Below are positions 37,936-55,300 of a DNA stretch of 64,000 bases, piece after piece. This stretch comes from the human T2T-CHM13v2.0 reference genome, Homo sapiens. The stretch's first letter is position 1, and every line of letters begins with the position of its first letter. The position numbers and the translations under genes are program-made. The stretch lies in the NCBI RefSeq assembly GCF_009914755.1, contig NC_060940.1; one strand, written 5' to 3'. The notes under the pieces are model-generated. The model searched no databases. It saw only the letters and a list, made by a program, of their open reading frames with translations, and had not been told where the DNA came from.

Positions 37936-38520
37936 CTCAAGGAAACCAAAATATACTACCTGAAAATATACTTCTTTAGCATATTTTGAGATGGCTATTC
38001 AGAGGGCTGCAGATACTGGAATAGCTCTGACAAGCTGTCCTTTATAGGGGAGATTTGCATCTGTAGAGGAAATCTGTATTAATGAAGTAAAAAATGAATG
38101 CAAAGAGGTTTACTCTGGGGCCCTTGTATCTACCTTATTCAGATCTAGGAAAGATCAACTCACAGAGCAAGGAGAATAAAAGTCTAACGCTTTTAAAGGT
38201 CTGACAGAGACACTTTCGTAGGCTACCATCTATTCTTTCAGAGGTCCACTACCTGTGAGCCTTTGCTCACCATGCCTTTCCTCCCCTCTCACTCCCATGA
38301 CCTTTCACCATGCTCCAAGCATGTATTTCTTTCTCTGCGAAAGAAAAACTTTAGTCATGTGGGTCTTCCTCAAGTCTCACATTTTGTGTTTTTGCTGTGC
38401 TTATGTATGTTAATAAATTTGTATGCCTCTTTTTTCTGTTAATCTATTTATTGTCAAATTACTTTACCAGGATGACTCAATTATTGAACCTTCAGAGGGA
38501 AAGTTTAAACTTCCTTCCAT
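37936..38520 (+). mobile_element. ERV1 solo LTR (MER34/MER39-like)
   Basis: aaggaaaccaaaatat...catattttgagatggct...gagatttgcatctgtagag...gttaataaatttgtatgcct. Confidence 0.65.
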
Positions 38521-38550
38521 GATCTTATAAAGGCTAACGGAAACTGATTT

Positions 38551-38641
38551 TATATATATATATACACGTGTATATATATATATACATATATATACACGTG
38601 TGTATATATATATACACGTGTATATATATATATATATATAA
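38551..38641. repeat. (TA)n microsatellite interrupted by CACGTG units
   Basis: Directly visible. Confidence 0.95.
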
Positions 38642-39469
38642 ATTTCCTAATAGATGCAGTACTCTTGCTAATATGCACATCTAAATTTTTGACACGTATG
38701 TTCTCAATGAACATTGAAATTTAAAAATCTAACATTTCTTTGCTCTATAACATTTGTAATAAAATTCATTATTCTGTGACTGTCTGTGGTATTTGCATGT
38801 TATAGAAACAGGGAGATGAGATGATAAAAGAAAAACAAAAACCTTGCTATAGAAGTAGTAAATCTCTTCTGTAAATACACAAAAACATGCACTAAAATTT
38901 TTTGAAAATTAATTTGTAATTCTAATTAGGCATTAGAAAACCCAACACCCACAGACCTTCCAACGTACATTAAGATGTTAAAATATCCAAAGATCTTTCT
39001 AGTATTATCTTTTTACTAAGAATTCCTGCTTTAGAGCTGCAAGCAGGATACCTACAGGGAGGCTGTTTTGCCTTGTGTCAGTATATTTAGTAACCATAGA
39101 ACATCAACTGCTTTTTTTAGCATAACTCCTGAGTACTTTTTTTTTTTAACAACCACAGAACATTTCTGATGCGTTAATTATAATTTCCAACTGACAAATC
39201 TCTCCTCCAATAAATGATATTGGGTAAATTTAATCACTGTGATTATCATCTAGATTTCTCTAATTAGTAATTAATATGTTTAAAATTTTAATAAGATGAA
39301 AATGGTCAGAGAGTGGAGATAACCCAATTTACCATCATTGTTTTCCTTATCCATTTATGAATTAATAACTAACCTGCAAAGGCCTACAAAAGAGGAAGCT
39401 TGCTAAAGCATACTTTTTCTATGGGAAATTATAAAGTATTATTTGTGTCACCATAGAATATACTTACTG

Positions 39470-39632
39470 GTGTATTAAGATCTGGTTTCATTTCCGATCC
39501 CCTACTTAAGTAACTAGCCCAACGTCATGTAATTTTTACTTGTCTGAACTTCAGTTTCCTTACCTGTCAGCATGGAGCTGGGGGATCAAATGAGATAATA
39601 CATGTAACACACATTGCACAGTACCTGACCTT
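39470..39632 (+). mobile_element. MIR
   Basis: tctgaacttcagtttccttacctgt...tgagataatacatgtaa...cacagtacctgac. Confidence 0.7.
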
Positions 39633-40221
39633 TAGCCAAAATTTAATGCGGTAGGATCAACTAAATTTGTTAACACTTTTGAAAATTGAAAGTAATTGCT
39701 ATGGCTTGTCTTTTTGACTGAGATAGTTATTTCATCCAAAACTAGTACACAAAATTTTAAAGAAGTTTTTAAAGAAATGAAATGGATATCCAGGAAGAGA
39801 GCCGGATGGAAAAACAAAGGAAATCAAAACATAAAATGAAAAATTGACAAAGACAATGACAAACTGGGTAAAAATCAGGCAATGAAGAAAGAAAAAAAAT
39901 GCTGAGCACTATTTTGTGTCGAATTGCTGCAGCTATCCATTTGTTATATCATATTTTCTCACTTATACTCAGATTAAATGAGCAGTTAAGAGAAATGGAT
40001 AGTTTTCATAATAACAGGACTGGTGGTCTAGAAAGTTGAGGCAAATTTGCTATTTATGGATTTTGTATCTTTAGGCAAGGCACTTGATCACTCCAGGTTA
40101 CTTTGTTCATCTGAGGGTCTTAAAGCAAATATATGCTAAACTTCCTTCAAGCTTGACAATTTCTATGTCTATGATTCTTTGAATTCTAATACCCCAGTTT
40201 AACCTACCAAGCTCAATTCTA

Positions 40222-40666
40222 TTTGAGTCCAAATTGAGGACTAGCTAAAACAGAAACAAAGTGGAAACACCTTTCCATAAAACACACCCACCAGTGTGCC
40301 ATGTCAGTTTACCATTGCCATGGCAATCTAGAAGTTACTGCCCCTTTCCATGGCAATGACCTGGCAACCCAGAAGTTACAATCCTTTTTCTAGAAATTTC
40401 TACAAAATCTGCTCTTTAAATTTGATATAATCAAAAGTGGGTATAAATATGACTGCAGAACTGTCTTTGAGCTGCCACTCTGGGCACATTGTCTATGGGC
40501 GTAGCCCTGCTCCTCCAAGATCAGTACTTTTGTTGCTGCTGTACACTGCCGCTTCAGTAAAAGTTGCTGTCTAACACCACTGGCTCATGCTTGAATTCCT
40601 TCTGGGGAGAAGCCAAGAATCGTCCCAGGGTAAGCCCCAGTTCTGGGGCCTGTCTGCCCTGCATCA
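40222..40666 (+). mobile_element. MER41-family ERV1 LTR (5' part missing)
   Basis: accagtgtgccatgtcagtttaccattgccatggcaa...gggtataaatatgactgcag...tgtctgccctgcatca. Confidence 0.8.
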
Positions 40667-41149
40667 AAATAGTCCAAACTTTTAATCTTTAAACCAGTCT
40701 TTCCTCCCCATTTTTGTAACTTTATCAGTATCCTCTTTACCCTGTTCTTAAAAGAAAAGACCCTTGGCTAGTTTGTGAAAAAGAGACAGTGCATGCTTAG
40801 AGAATACCTGCAAAGTAGAATAGCTGGCTAGTCATGAAATTCTTCCATTACCAATTAGTCAACTTGGATAAACAATGTTATAATTAGCTATACCCATAAT
40901 TATAAGTAAGATAAATATCATAGCTAATATTGGAGTAAGTCCATGAAATACTTATCTGTGTAGTGTAGTATCTGAACCACCCCTTCTCCTATTGTTCTAT
41001 AGAGTAAAATTTGATGTCTGATGTTTGTGAATTTCCAAATTCTTACGTGAAAAAAATAGCAATTGAACTACATTTTGTGGGTTAGTTTATATTTTTTAGG
41101 TAGGCTAAATCATGAAAATCACATAAGGCGGTTAGGGATTCCTAAAACT

Positions 41150-41320
41150 GTTCTTCCTAGGTGATAATATGCAGACAGATAACATGAAAAATTATCAAAA
41201 TAATGCAGATTCCCATTCAGTAAGTCTTGGGTTGGAATTGAGTACCCGAATTTTTAACAAGGTCTCACATAATGCCATTGCTGCTGGTCTGATGACTAGC
41301 TGTAGAATGGGCAAGGTGTA
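41150..41320. mobile_element. MER5A-like hAT fragment
   Basis: aatgcagattccc...attcagtaagtct...tttttaacaag...gctgctggtc. Confidence 0.55.
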
Positions 41321-42123
41321 GATTGAACAGTCCCAGCCCCTTCTGCCCTCTCCTTAAATGTAGTTTAAGAAGACGTAATTAAAGCTGCTCTGCCCTCTTG
41401 CTTGAATGACCCATAGGCTAGTTGTTTTGCATCTCAGTTTTCTTCTCTGAAAGAGAAAGCAGGAAGGAATTTTACTGGTTCTGGGAAACAAGTAACATAT
41501 CCAGTGGAAAGTATCCAAAGGAATAATATACTTTGAATAAAGTAGTGGGATCCTTTCAGGATGAAGTCATTTATCACAAGACTAAACATATGAGCTGTTT
41601 TGCTTCATTCACTCTGATCCTCAGACTAGAAATTTCAGTGGACTCCAAAATGTATAATTATAGTTGATATTTATCTCTAACATTCTGCTGATAATCCTTG
41701 TCTCAAGTTCTAGCTAGAGGTACCAATATAAATTCCATGAATTTCTATTCTAAACCAAGAACAGTTTTGTGGTTTAAATGGTAGCTTTTTCTTGCATTTT
41801 TTTAAATATGGAGTTTAAAATCACATGGCTTTTAATTTTAAAAAGTTCAAGTTTGGATTATTTTTGAGTGGCTATGTGTGAGGCACTCTGCCAAATGCTT
41901 TATTTATATTTTTATTTGATGTCCAATAGAATCCAGCCAGGTAGATGTTTTTAATCTTATTCTACAGAGAGGGAAACAAAAAATCTATTATTGTACTCAA
42001 AATCCAGGACTGTCTGGTACAAAAATAAATTGTTATTCTGAATTTTTCTACAGCCTAGTATAATTGGAATAATTGGAAATGCAATTCAGAGCAGCAACAT
42101 TAAAAATAAAATTAGAGCATTTC

Positions 42124-44945
<2,822 letters not shown>

Positions 44946-44949
44946 CAAG

Positions 44950-47900
44950 TTTTCTGATTCCAAAATAGCAGTATAAAGCAAGCTGGTTTCACTTTCCCCT
45001 CAACCCTACAAAACCATAACAAAACAAGACATATATACAGCACTACGATTATTACCAGCAATATCCCGGAACTTAAATAGTTAATTCTCAAGAACACAGA
45101 AAAATGGAAAACTCTGAGCAGAAGGTGAGAGAACTAGACATCCATATCTGTGTGGCCTTTGAGATTGAAGTGGGCAACCAATTTTCCTACCATCTTGAAT
45201 TCACCAGGCCAGAGGCTTGTCCCTGCCTCAATCTAAGGAAAACATAATGAGCACTGAAAGAAGTACCCTAAGGACAGCCAGAGACAAAGGGGAAAGTGAG
45301 ACTACCATCCTCAATGGTGGAAACTACTCTATAACTTGGGGGAAGGCAATGCCAAAATTAGAGTTGCTGTTCAGCAGCATCACACTGTACATGGCAGGTT
45401 CCACAGGTCCTCTGGGTAGAAACCTTTAGCAAGCCTTACCACTCTGCCTGGATATCCCCTTTGGGACCTCCTTTCATTTGGCATGGGAAGTGCTCTGATA
45501 GTTTACTAGAGTTGAAGCAAACCTGGGCTTAAGGCACCATCTAGCACCAAAAAGGAGGGGATAAATCTAACTGGTATATTAAGAATCTCTAAGCAAACAT
45601 ATGCAACAAAAAGTAAAACATGCCAAACAGAAAACACTGGAATAAATAATACCTCAATACAAAAACATAGATGCATATCCACAAGAAACAACAGCAAACA
45701 GGGAACCATGACCTCTCCAAATGGACGAAACCAAGAACCACTGACTGACAGTAAAGAGATGGAGACATGTGAGCTCTCTGACCAGGAATTCAAAATAGCA
45801 GCTTTAAGGAAACTCAGTGATCACCAAGATAACACAGAAAAGCAATTCTGAAATGTGTCAGAAAAAATTAACAAAAAGATTGAAATAATAATGAAAGTAA
45901 ATAGAAATCTTAGAAGTGAGAAATATATTTGATGAACTGAAAAATTTATCTGGCTCTCTAAATAGAATGGATAAAGCAGAGGAAAGAATAAGTGAACTTA
46001 AAGATAGGCAATTTAAAAATACACAGAGGAGAAAAAAGATAAAAAGACTGAGAAGTAATGAAGATTCCCTGGAAGATATAGAAAATCACCTCAAAAGATT
46101 AAATTAAATATTGGTTTTTAGCAGGAAGTTGAGAATGAGCAAGGGGTAGGAAGCCTATTCAAAGAATAACAGCAGAAAACTTTTCAAAACTTGAGAAAGA
46201 TAGGAATATCCAGATAAAAGAAGGTTAGAGAACACAAAATAGATTTGATCCAGTTAAGACTACCCAAAGGGTTATAATAATCAAACTCTCAAAGGTCAAA
46301 GACAAAGAAAGGATTATAAAAGCAACAAGATAAAAGAAGCAAATAACATATACAAGAGCTTCAATTTGTCTGGCAACAGACTTCTCAATGGAAACCATAT
46401 AGGCAAGGAATAAGTATGTCAGCATTTTCAAAGTCTTGGGGAAAAAACTCCCATCTAGTAACCCTGTATCCCACAAAGTTATCCTTTAAATATGAAGAAG
46501 ACATAAAGTCTTTCTCAGGCAAACAAAAGCTGAGAGAATTCACCACCATCAAACTCATCTTATGAGAAATGCTAAAGAGAGTTCTTCAATCTGAAAAAAA
46601 AAAAACATTAATGTGCACAAAGAAAACATTTGAAACTATAAAACCCACTGTTAAAATTAAGTATCAGACAAATATACTGTAGTCTAATACTGTAATTGTG
46701 GTGTGCAATCAACCCATAACTATAGTAAAAAGCCCAAGACAAATTTATTAAAAATAACAAATAACAATAGCTAGAGCAGCCTGTGAAGAGGAATAAGCAA
46801 TATAAAATATAAAACTATGTACACTGAGATTTTTAAAAATTCAAAATGTTGAGAGGAATAGAGTTAAAATGTAGGGCTTTCTTTAGTTCTTTAAAATTTA
46901 TTTCTGTTCTTTGTGATCTAAGATAGGTCATCATTTCTTTAAAATAGCTAGTGTGTCTATAAGATGTTTTTGTAAGCCTCATGATAAGCACAATGTAACA
47001 TTTACAATAGATTTACTAAAATTAAAATGCAATGATTTTAAATGTCACTTAACCACAAAGGAAGACAATAAGAAGGGAAGAAATAAAGAATTTACAAAAC
47101 CAGAAAACAAGTAACAATATGGCAGTAGTAACTCCTTATTAGCAACAATAACACTGAATGTAGCTGAATTCAATTTTCCAACTAAAAGAATGTATGAATG
47201 GATAAAGAAACAACTCTATGCTGCTTACAAGAAACCCACTTCACCTATAAAAACATACATAGACTGAAAGTGAAGAGATGAAAAAAGATACTCCATGCAA
47301 CTGGAAACCAAAAAGAAAAAAAAAGCAGAAGTAACCATACTTAGATAAAACAGATCTTAAATCAACAACAGTAAAAAAAAAAAAAAAAAAAGATTAAAGA
47401 GATCATTATATAATGATAAAAAATTAATTCAACAATAAAATATAACATTTCTAAATATATACACACCTAACACCAAAGCACCTATATTTATAAAACAAAT
47501 ACTACTGGACCTATGAAAAAAGATGGACAGAAATACAATAATAGTGGGGAAATTTAATCCTACACTCACAACAGTAGACACATCATCAAGACAAAAGAAA
47601 AGTCAATAAAGAAACACTGAACTTAAATCGGACTGTAGACCAAATGAAACTAACAGACATGTATAGAAAATTCTACCCAGCAACTACAGAATATACGTTC
47701 TTCTCATCAGTGCATAGAACCTTTTGCAAGATAAATTATATATTAGGCCACAGAACAAATCTCAATAAAATTTTAAAAATCAATGCTTTCTCATAAACTG
47801 GAAAACATAGAGGAAATGGAAAAATTCCTGGAAACATACAACCTCCCAATATTGATTCAGGAGGATACAGGTATCTGGAGCGGACCAATAATGAGTAGTG

Positions 47901-50545
47901 AGACTGAATGAGTAATTTTCAAACTCCCCACCCCGCCCCCGCCAAAAAAAAAACCCAAGACCAGAAGAATTTACTAGATATACAAAGAACTGGTACTAAT
48001 CTTCCTGACACTGTTTCAAAAAATTGAGGAGTGGGGAACCTTTCTAACTCATTCTTTGAAGCCAATATCACCCTGATACCAAGGCAGGTAAAGACACAAC
48101 AAAAAAAGAAAACTACAGACCAATATTTCTGATGAATATAGATGCAAAAATCCTCAGTGAAATACTGGCAAACCGAATCTAACAACATATCAAAAAGATA
48201 ATGCACCACAACCAAGTTGGTTTTATCCCAGAGATGCAAGGATGGTTCAACATACACAAATTAATAAATGATACTTACCTTATAAACAAAATTAAAAACA
48301 AAAACCATATAATTATCTCAATAGATGTAGACAAAGCCTTAGATAAAACTCAGTATAACTTCATGATAGAAACTACCAGAAACTAGGCATAGAAGAAGCA
48401 TACCTCAAAATAATAAAAGCCATATATGTGATGAACCCACAAGCAATACTATTCTGAATGTGGAAATATTGAAAGCATTCCCCTAAAAACCAGAACAAGA
48501 CAAGGATTCCTACTTTCACCACGACTATTCAACATAGCACTGAAAATTCTGGGCACAGTAATCAGGCAACAGAAAGAAATTAAAAAAAAACCACATTCGA
48601 ATTAGAAAGAGGAAATACAATTTTCTGTTTGCTGATGATATGATCTTATGTCTGGAAAACACTAAAAACACTAACAACTCCTCCAAAACTCTTCTAGATT
48701 TAAAGAATGAATTCAATACAGTTTCAGGATACAAAGTCAATGTATAAAAATCAGTATCATTTCTATACACCAATAAGGATCAAGCTGAGAACCAAATCAA
48801 GAACTAATTCTCATTTACAACAACAGTAGAAAAATGAAATACCTAGGAATACATTTAACCAAGTAGGTGAAAGGTACATCAGTATCCAATACAAAACACT
48901 GATGAAAGAAATTGTCAAGGACACAAATAAATGAAAAAAATCCCATGCTCATGAATTGGAAGAATCAATATCATTAAAAAATGACCATACTGCCCAAAGC
49001 AATCTACAGATCTATCAAAATATCCAAATTATTTTTCACAGAATTAGGAAAAAACTATTGTAAAATTCATATGTAACCAAAAAAGAGCCTGAATAGCCTA
49101 AACAGTCCTAAACATAAATAACAAAGCGGGGGGCATCATATTAACTTACTTCAAATTATACTGCAAGGATATAGTCACCAAAGCAGTGCGGTACTGGTAT
49201 AAATATAGACATATAAATCAAAGGAATAGAATAGAGATTTCAGAAATAAAGCTACATACATACAACCAAACTGATCCTCAACAAATATGACAGAAACATA
49301 TACTAGGGAAAGGATACTCTATACAATCAATACTGGTGGTAAAATTGAACAGCCATATTCAGAATAAAACTTGATCACCATCTTTCACCATACAAAAATT
49401 AAATCAAGATGGATTAAAGACAAATGTAAGATCTAAAACTCTAAAAATTCTACAAGAAAACCTTGGACAAACCTCTCAGCAAATGGCTTAGGCAAATAAT
49501 TCATGAATAAGACCTCAAAAGTAAATGCAACAAAAACAAAAGTAGGCAAATGGGACTTAAACTAAAAAACTTCTGCACAGCAAAAGAAATAATAAACAGA
49601 GTGAAAAGATTCTGTCAAATGGGAGAAAATACTTGCAAATTGTATATCCAGTGAATCTACAAGAAACTGAAACAACTCAACCAGAAAAAACAAACAAATA
49701 ACCTAATTAAAAAGTGGGCAAAGGAAATGAACAGAAAATTTTCAAAATTAGATAGACAAATGTCCAACAAATACATGAAAAAACGTTCAACATCACTAAT
49801 ATCAGAGAAATACACATTAAAACCACAGTGATATACCATATTACAGTAGTCAAGATGGTTACTATTAAAAAGTCAAAAAGTAACCCACACTGGTGTGGGT
49901 GGAGAAAAGAGAATGTTTATACACTGTTGAAGGGAATGTGAATTGTACAACTTCTATGGAAAACAGTATAGAGATTTCTCAAAGAGCTAAAAATAGAACG
50001 GCCATTTTATCTATCAATTGAACTACTGGGTATCTACCCAAGGGAAAAAATCATTTATCAAAAAGATACTTGTCCTGGTATGTTTATCACAGCACTATTC
50101 ACAGTAGCAAATATGGAATCAACCTACGTGTCTATAAATGGATGACTAGATACAAAATGTGGTGTTTATATATATCATGGAATAGTACTCAGGCATAAAA
50201 AATAAAATCATGTCTTTGGCAACAACATGGATGGAACTGCGGCCATTAATCTTAAGTGAAATAACTCAGCAACAGAAAGTCAAATACTGCAAGTTCTCAC
50301 TTATAAGGAGGAGCTAATTAATGTGTACACTATAGATATGGTCTATATAACAAAACTGCACTTGTTAGCTTGCATTTATTAGCTACAAAAAATGATGAGT
50401 GGATATTAAATCCTCATCACAAAAATACTATGTGAGTTAATAAATGTATTTGTTAATTTAACCATTCCACAATGTATAAAAGTTTGAAAACATTATGTTG
50501 TACATGAAAAATACATACAATTTTATATACCCATTTAAAAATAAT
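44950..50545 (+). mobile_element. Near full-length decayed L1 (L1MA/L1PB age) nested in the older L1
   Basis: 5'UTR, ORF1 (about 45650-46590), ORF2 from about 47120 including [19 protein letters not shown]; many stops and frameshifts; internal gap at about 47785. Confidence 0.85.
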
Positions 50546-50579
50546 TAACTTAATTTGGAACAAAAATAAATGAATGGCA

Positions 50580-52372
50580 AATCTAAATAAATGAAAAGAC
50601 ATACCACACATATGCGTGGATTGGAAGGCTCAACAGTAAAGATGTCAATTCTTACCAAGCTGATTTACAAATTTAAAGTAATTGCTTTTAAAATCCTGCA
50701 GGGTTTTTTGTAAACATAGGCAAGATTATTCTAAAATTGGCATGGAAAGACACAGGAATTAAAATAATTAATACAATTTTGAAAAAAAAAGTAGGAGGGA
50801 TCAGTCAATTCAACTTCATAACTTATACAGTTCCAGTAATCAAGATTGTGTGGTATTTGTGAAGGAATAGACGTATAGACCCATGGAATGAAACAGAGAA
50901 CTCAGAAACAGACCTATGCAAATATACTCAACTAATATTTTGCAATAGTGCAAAAGCAGTTTAATGGGGTAAAGTTAGTCTCATCAAAATTGATGTGGGA
51001 GCAACTGGACTACAAGGGGGTGGTAAATGAACCTCAACCTAATCTCACACCTTTACAAACTTATAAGTAAAACTGAATCTTTTAGAAAAAAATTAAGAGA
51101 AAATCTTTGAGATACACAGCTAAGCCCGTTCTCAGTCTGCACACCAAAAGCACAATACATGAAAGGAAAAATGGGTAAATTCGATTCCATAAAACTTCAG
51201 ACCTTTGCTCTGCAAAAGACCCTGTTAAACAGTTAAAAAAGGAAAGTGCAAAATGGAAGAATATATTGTAAACCACATATCCAACAACAGAGCAGAATCT
51301 AGAAAATACAGAGAGCTCTCAAAACTCAACAGTACAAAAATAATCTAATTAGAAAATAGGCAAAAAACTTGAAGAGACAGTTCACCTGAGAGTATGTACA
51401 GATAGCAAATAAGCACATAAAAATGTTCAAACGATGAGTCATTAAGGAAATGTATGTTAACAGTATAATGAGATATCTGTATATACTAATCAGAATGACT
51501 AAGATAAAAAACACTGATAACACCAAATGCTCTGCAGGATGAAGAGAAATTAGATTATTAATACACTGCTTGTGAGAGTATAAAATGGCATAGCCATTCT
51601 GAAAAAGTTTGGCAATTTCTTTTTTCATTATAAATTTTATTTTAGGTTTAGGAGTACATGTGCATGTTTGTTATATAGGTAAACTGCATGTCACAGGGGG
51701 TCAATATGTAGATTGTTTTGTCACTCAGTTAATAAGCATAGCCATTCTGAAAAATTTTGGCAGTTTCTTAAAACTAAGCATAAAATTAACTATAAACGTA
51801 GCAATCGAACTCTTGTGTATTTATTCTAGAGAGGTGAGAACTTATGTTTACATAAAGTCTACTTATAAATTTACAGTAGCTTTTTCATAACCCAAACTGA
51901 GAAGAACCTAGGTATTCTTCAATGCATAAATGAACCGTGGTGCATCTCTGCCATGAAACACTACTCAGCAGTAACATAGTATAAACTATAGATACAGGCA
52001 GTAACTTGGATGAATAGCCCAAGAATTATTCTGAGTGAAAAAAAAAGCTAATCCCCAAATGTTACTTAATATCAGATTCTTGAAATAACCAAAATTACAG
52101 AAATGGAAAAGAAATTTGTGGTTGTCAGTGATAAGGAGAGAGTAGGAGTGGGATCGAAGTGATTATTGCTATCAAAGGGTTAAGGATCCTCGTATGGATG
52201 GTAATGTTCTGTGTCTCAATTTCATCAATGTTAATATCCAGGTTGTGATATTATTCTACAGATTTCCAAGATATTACCATTGGGTGAAACTGAGTAAATG
52301 TACAGAAGATCTCTCTATTATTTGGTACAACTGCATGTGGATCTATTTATCCCTCAAAGTAAACATTTCTTA
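50580..52372 (+). mobile_element. L1MC-like ORF2 end and 3'UTR
   Basis: tggattggaaggctcaac...; L1MC1-like 3' end aatgttctgtgtct...ttccaagatattaccattggg...caactgcatgtg. Confidence 0.8.
51622..51741 (-). mobile_element. Very short 5'-truncated L1PA (PA15/16-like) 3' end
   Basis: ttttattttaggtttaggagtacatgtgcatgtttgttatataggtaaactgcatgtcac...; long flanking direct repeat. Confidence 0.85.
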
Positions 52373-55300
52373 AAAAAAAAAAAACAAAAAAAAAAACTAA
52401 GAAGCTTTGAAGTGAGTATGAACTTTAGTAAATTGTCATTTATCAATAGTGGCCAATTCATTTTGAAGTTGTTAACAAACAGGGGAGACCATGCATAGGA
52501 TGTAAGAGAACTCTCATGTTCTACTGACTTTTCTATAGATCTAAAACTTGTGAAGTAAATACTTTACTGAGTTTATAAATATACACATAAATAAAATGGG
52601 AAAATGTGGAGATACACTTATGTGTTGTGCCATTTAGAAAGTGGCATTGTTTTTATAATAAAAATAGTTTGTATAGTTTTCATGATTGTTTTTATGGTAA
52701 AAAATGTAAAAATATTTGAAATAAATCACATTATAACTATACATTGGAAAATATATGTATGTATGTTACATATGTGTACATATAATATAATAATATTTGC
52801 TAAATTTTTTTTAAAAGGCAAAGATATTGGTGATAACAAATCATATTGTGTCAATGGGTGAAATCTGGTATCACTCAATATTTTTATTGTACCAAGAGAA
52901 GTATATATAACCCTATATTTGTCTATGGCTATGCTTTTAAAATATTTCATACAATGTTCATAATAATCAGGCCGTTTAGCTCCTCTCAAAACTCAGGTGT
53001 AATTATCATATTCAATCTTGGGATCACTAAACACACAAAACACTTGACTCAAAGAAGACATACAACTACTGTTTGTTCAACCAAGATTTGTGTTGTCCAG
53101 GATATCACAATTATTGAGTGGAAGAGGGAAGGAAATCACAAATATATCCTTCTTCTAAAAGTGGAGTTCATTTCATCACAGTTTAATTTCTGGTATGGCT
53201 AAAAAGGAAAGCTTTCCTTTGTGTTTTATCTTTATTTTTCCCATCATCTTTGGCAGATGTCACATACATAGTAAGTGCTCATTAAGTATAAGTTGAAGAG
53301 AATGAAGTCATTTCTCCCTCTAAGACAACTCTCTTGCTTCTCATGGTCTCACCATTTCATAGTTGAGACAGTAAAACTTGGCAATTTTCATTCACAGTTT
53401 TGAATGATTTAGAATTCTGTTTTGCATTTCAGTTTTGTCTGAACCCATATGGTAAAGTCAAAACTCCCAACAAATCTGATAAATTCCATCTTGTGCTAGC
53501 CATTCCCTGTGGCTTGGTACAGCACTACAAGCTTTTGCACTACTTAATTTTTCCTTGTTCCATGACCATCTGTATCTGCATCTTTAGACTTGAATAGGTC
53601 TTGCAATTGTCTGAAACACAGTATAAAAGAGCTCTGATATGTTCATTTGTTAAGGATGAGTCTCTAAGAGGCTAAGAGAGTAAATAAACCAATCTGAGAA
53701 CACAGAGTTTGCAGTACTAGAGTAGCATCATACCTCAGCACAAGTATGCTCACCTGTAAAGGATAACTCTTGGAGTTAGAGAGCTCAGATTTAGAGTTAA
53801 TAAATGGTCACTTGTTGGTATGAATGCTTACCAAGTAATTAATATGTATCCAATACTAAGGACAAAATGTACTAGATACTTTTTAAATTCTCCAAGCAAA
53901 CCTTTGAACTAAACACTAACATTAGCCCCACTAAATTATCAGCTTCATTTTATTATCTATCAAAATGCTAGGCACTACAAATTTAGTTATTTTGCAGGGT
54001 ACAAATTGCATCTATGAAGATGCCGACAAAAACATTTAGGTAGTCTTCACAGTGGATTTTACGTTTGAGCTGTATCTTGGGGAATGAGTGGGGTTTGAGC
54101 AGGCAGAGCATGATGGAAAGGATATTCTGTTCTAAAGGATCATTCTGTACCAAAGATCCAAAAGAACTTGTAATTGAATGATATATTCAGATAACAATGT
54201 GGCAAAATGCATGGCTGAAAGTGGTATGAGATATCTGATAAGTAGGAAAGTAACTTTAGATCTAATTATGGATGGCCTTGAATGCTAGATGAAACGTTCT
54301 GGACTTCATTCACTAGGTTACAGTGAACTGAAATGTGGAATGCTGTGACCCTCTGGCAGCAGCGTGAATCATGCATTGAAGAGGAATCAGAGATAGGAAC
54401 ACTAGGTAGGTCTTCTCAGATTAATTGGTTGAGGGTGAACAAGAGCTTTGAGCTCATTAATATGCTTTGCTCTCTATTAGACTTTATGTCCTGTGGCTCA
54501 TTAGTTCCCTGTTGATATAGCCTCAGGCTGTGTTTCTTCCTGAGTGAGTTCGTGGGGTAAAGATTTTCCTCTCCCTCTTAAAAGTATATCAACATCCAGC
54601 CTTGCTGGGCTGTGCAGCATTTGCCGATTCCTTTGTGAGCACTTCTGACCCATAAGAGAGTTCAGTTTGAAATGTTAACTAAAAAGCTGGGAAAAAAATT
54701 AATTAGCTATCGTCAGCTCTGGCTTAGGTATTCACAACATCTATTTCTGAGACTTTCCACAACAGAAACATGGTTTGTTTGTTATGCCATTGGTCTTATT
54801 TCTCCAGAGGATGAAATTTAATAATTTGGGGGGTGACTTTTATTATTCAGCTTGCTCGTTTGATGAGAAGAGATGGAATAGGCCAAGGCAAAGGATAGAT
54901 AATATTTTTCTTTTTTCAATACATTGAAAATATTTACATAATTGTGTGTCTCTTGTTACATATAAACACCTAAGATAAAAACAAAATCTAAAATAAGAGA
55001 GAGAAATTAGAACAAATGGAAAATGAGACTTAGAATGAGATAATAAAAATGGGAATGACGCTAGTTACGGCAATTATTATCCTGAAAACCTGCACCCTTT
55101 TCAGCGATGGGCCATCAGTTGGGCTCTAAACTTTCTCGTAATTAACCCTGGGACTGTAAGCCTTTTCAAATGTCTATAGAGGGAAGAAAGGGAAAAGTAA
55201 ACAAAACACATGTGCCAAAAAAAAAAAAAAAACCTTGTATTCATCATTTCTGTTTGTTCAATTTCTCTAATATCTAATGGTACCAGGAGGATATTATAGG

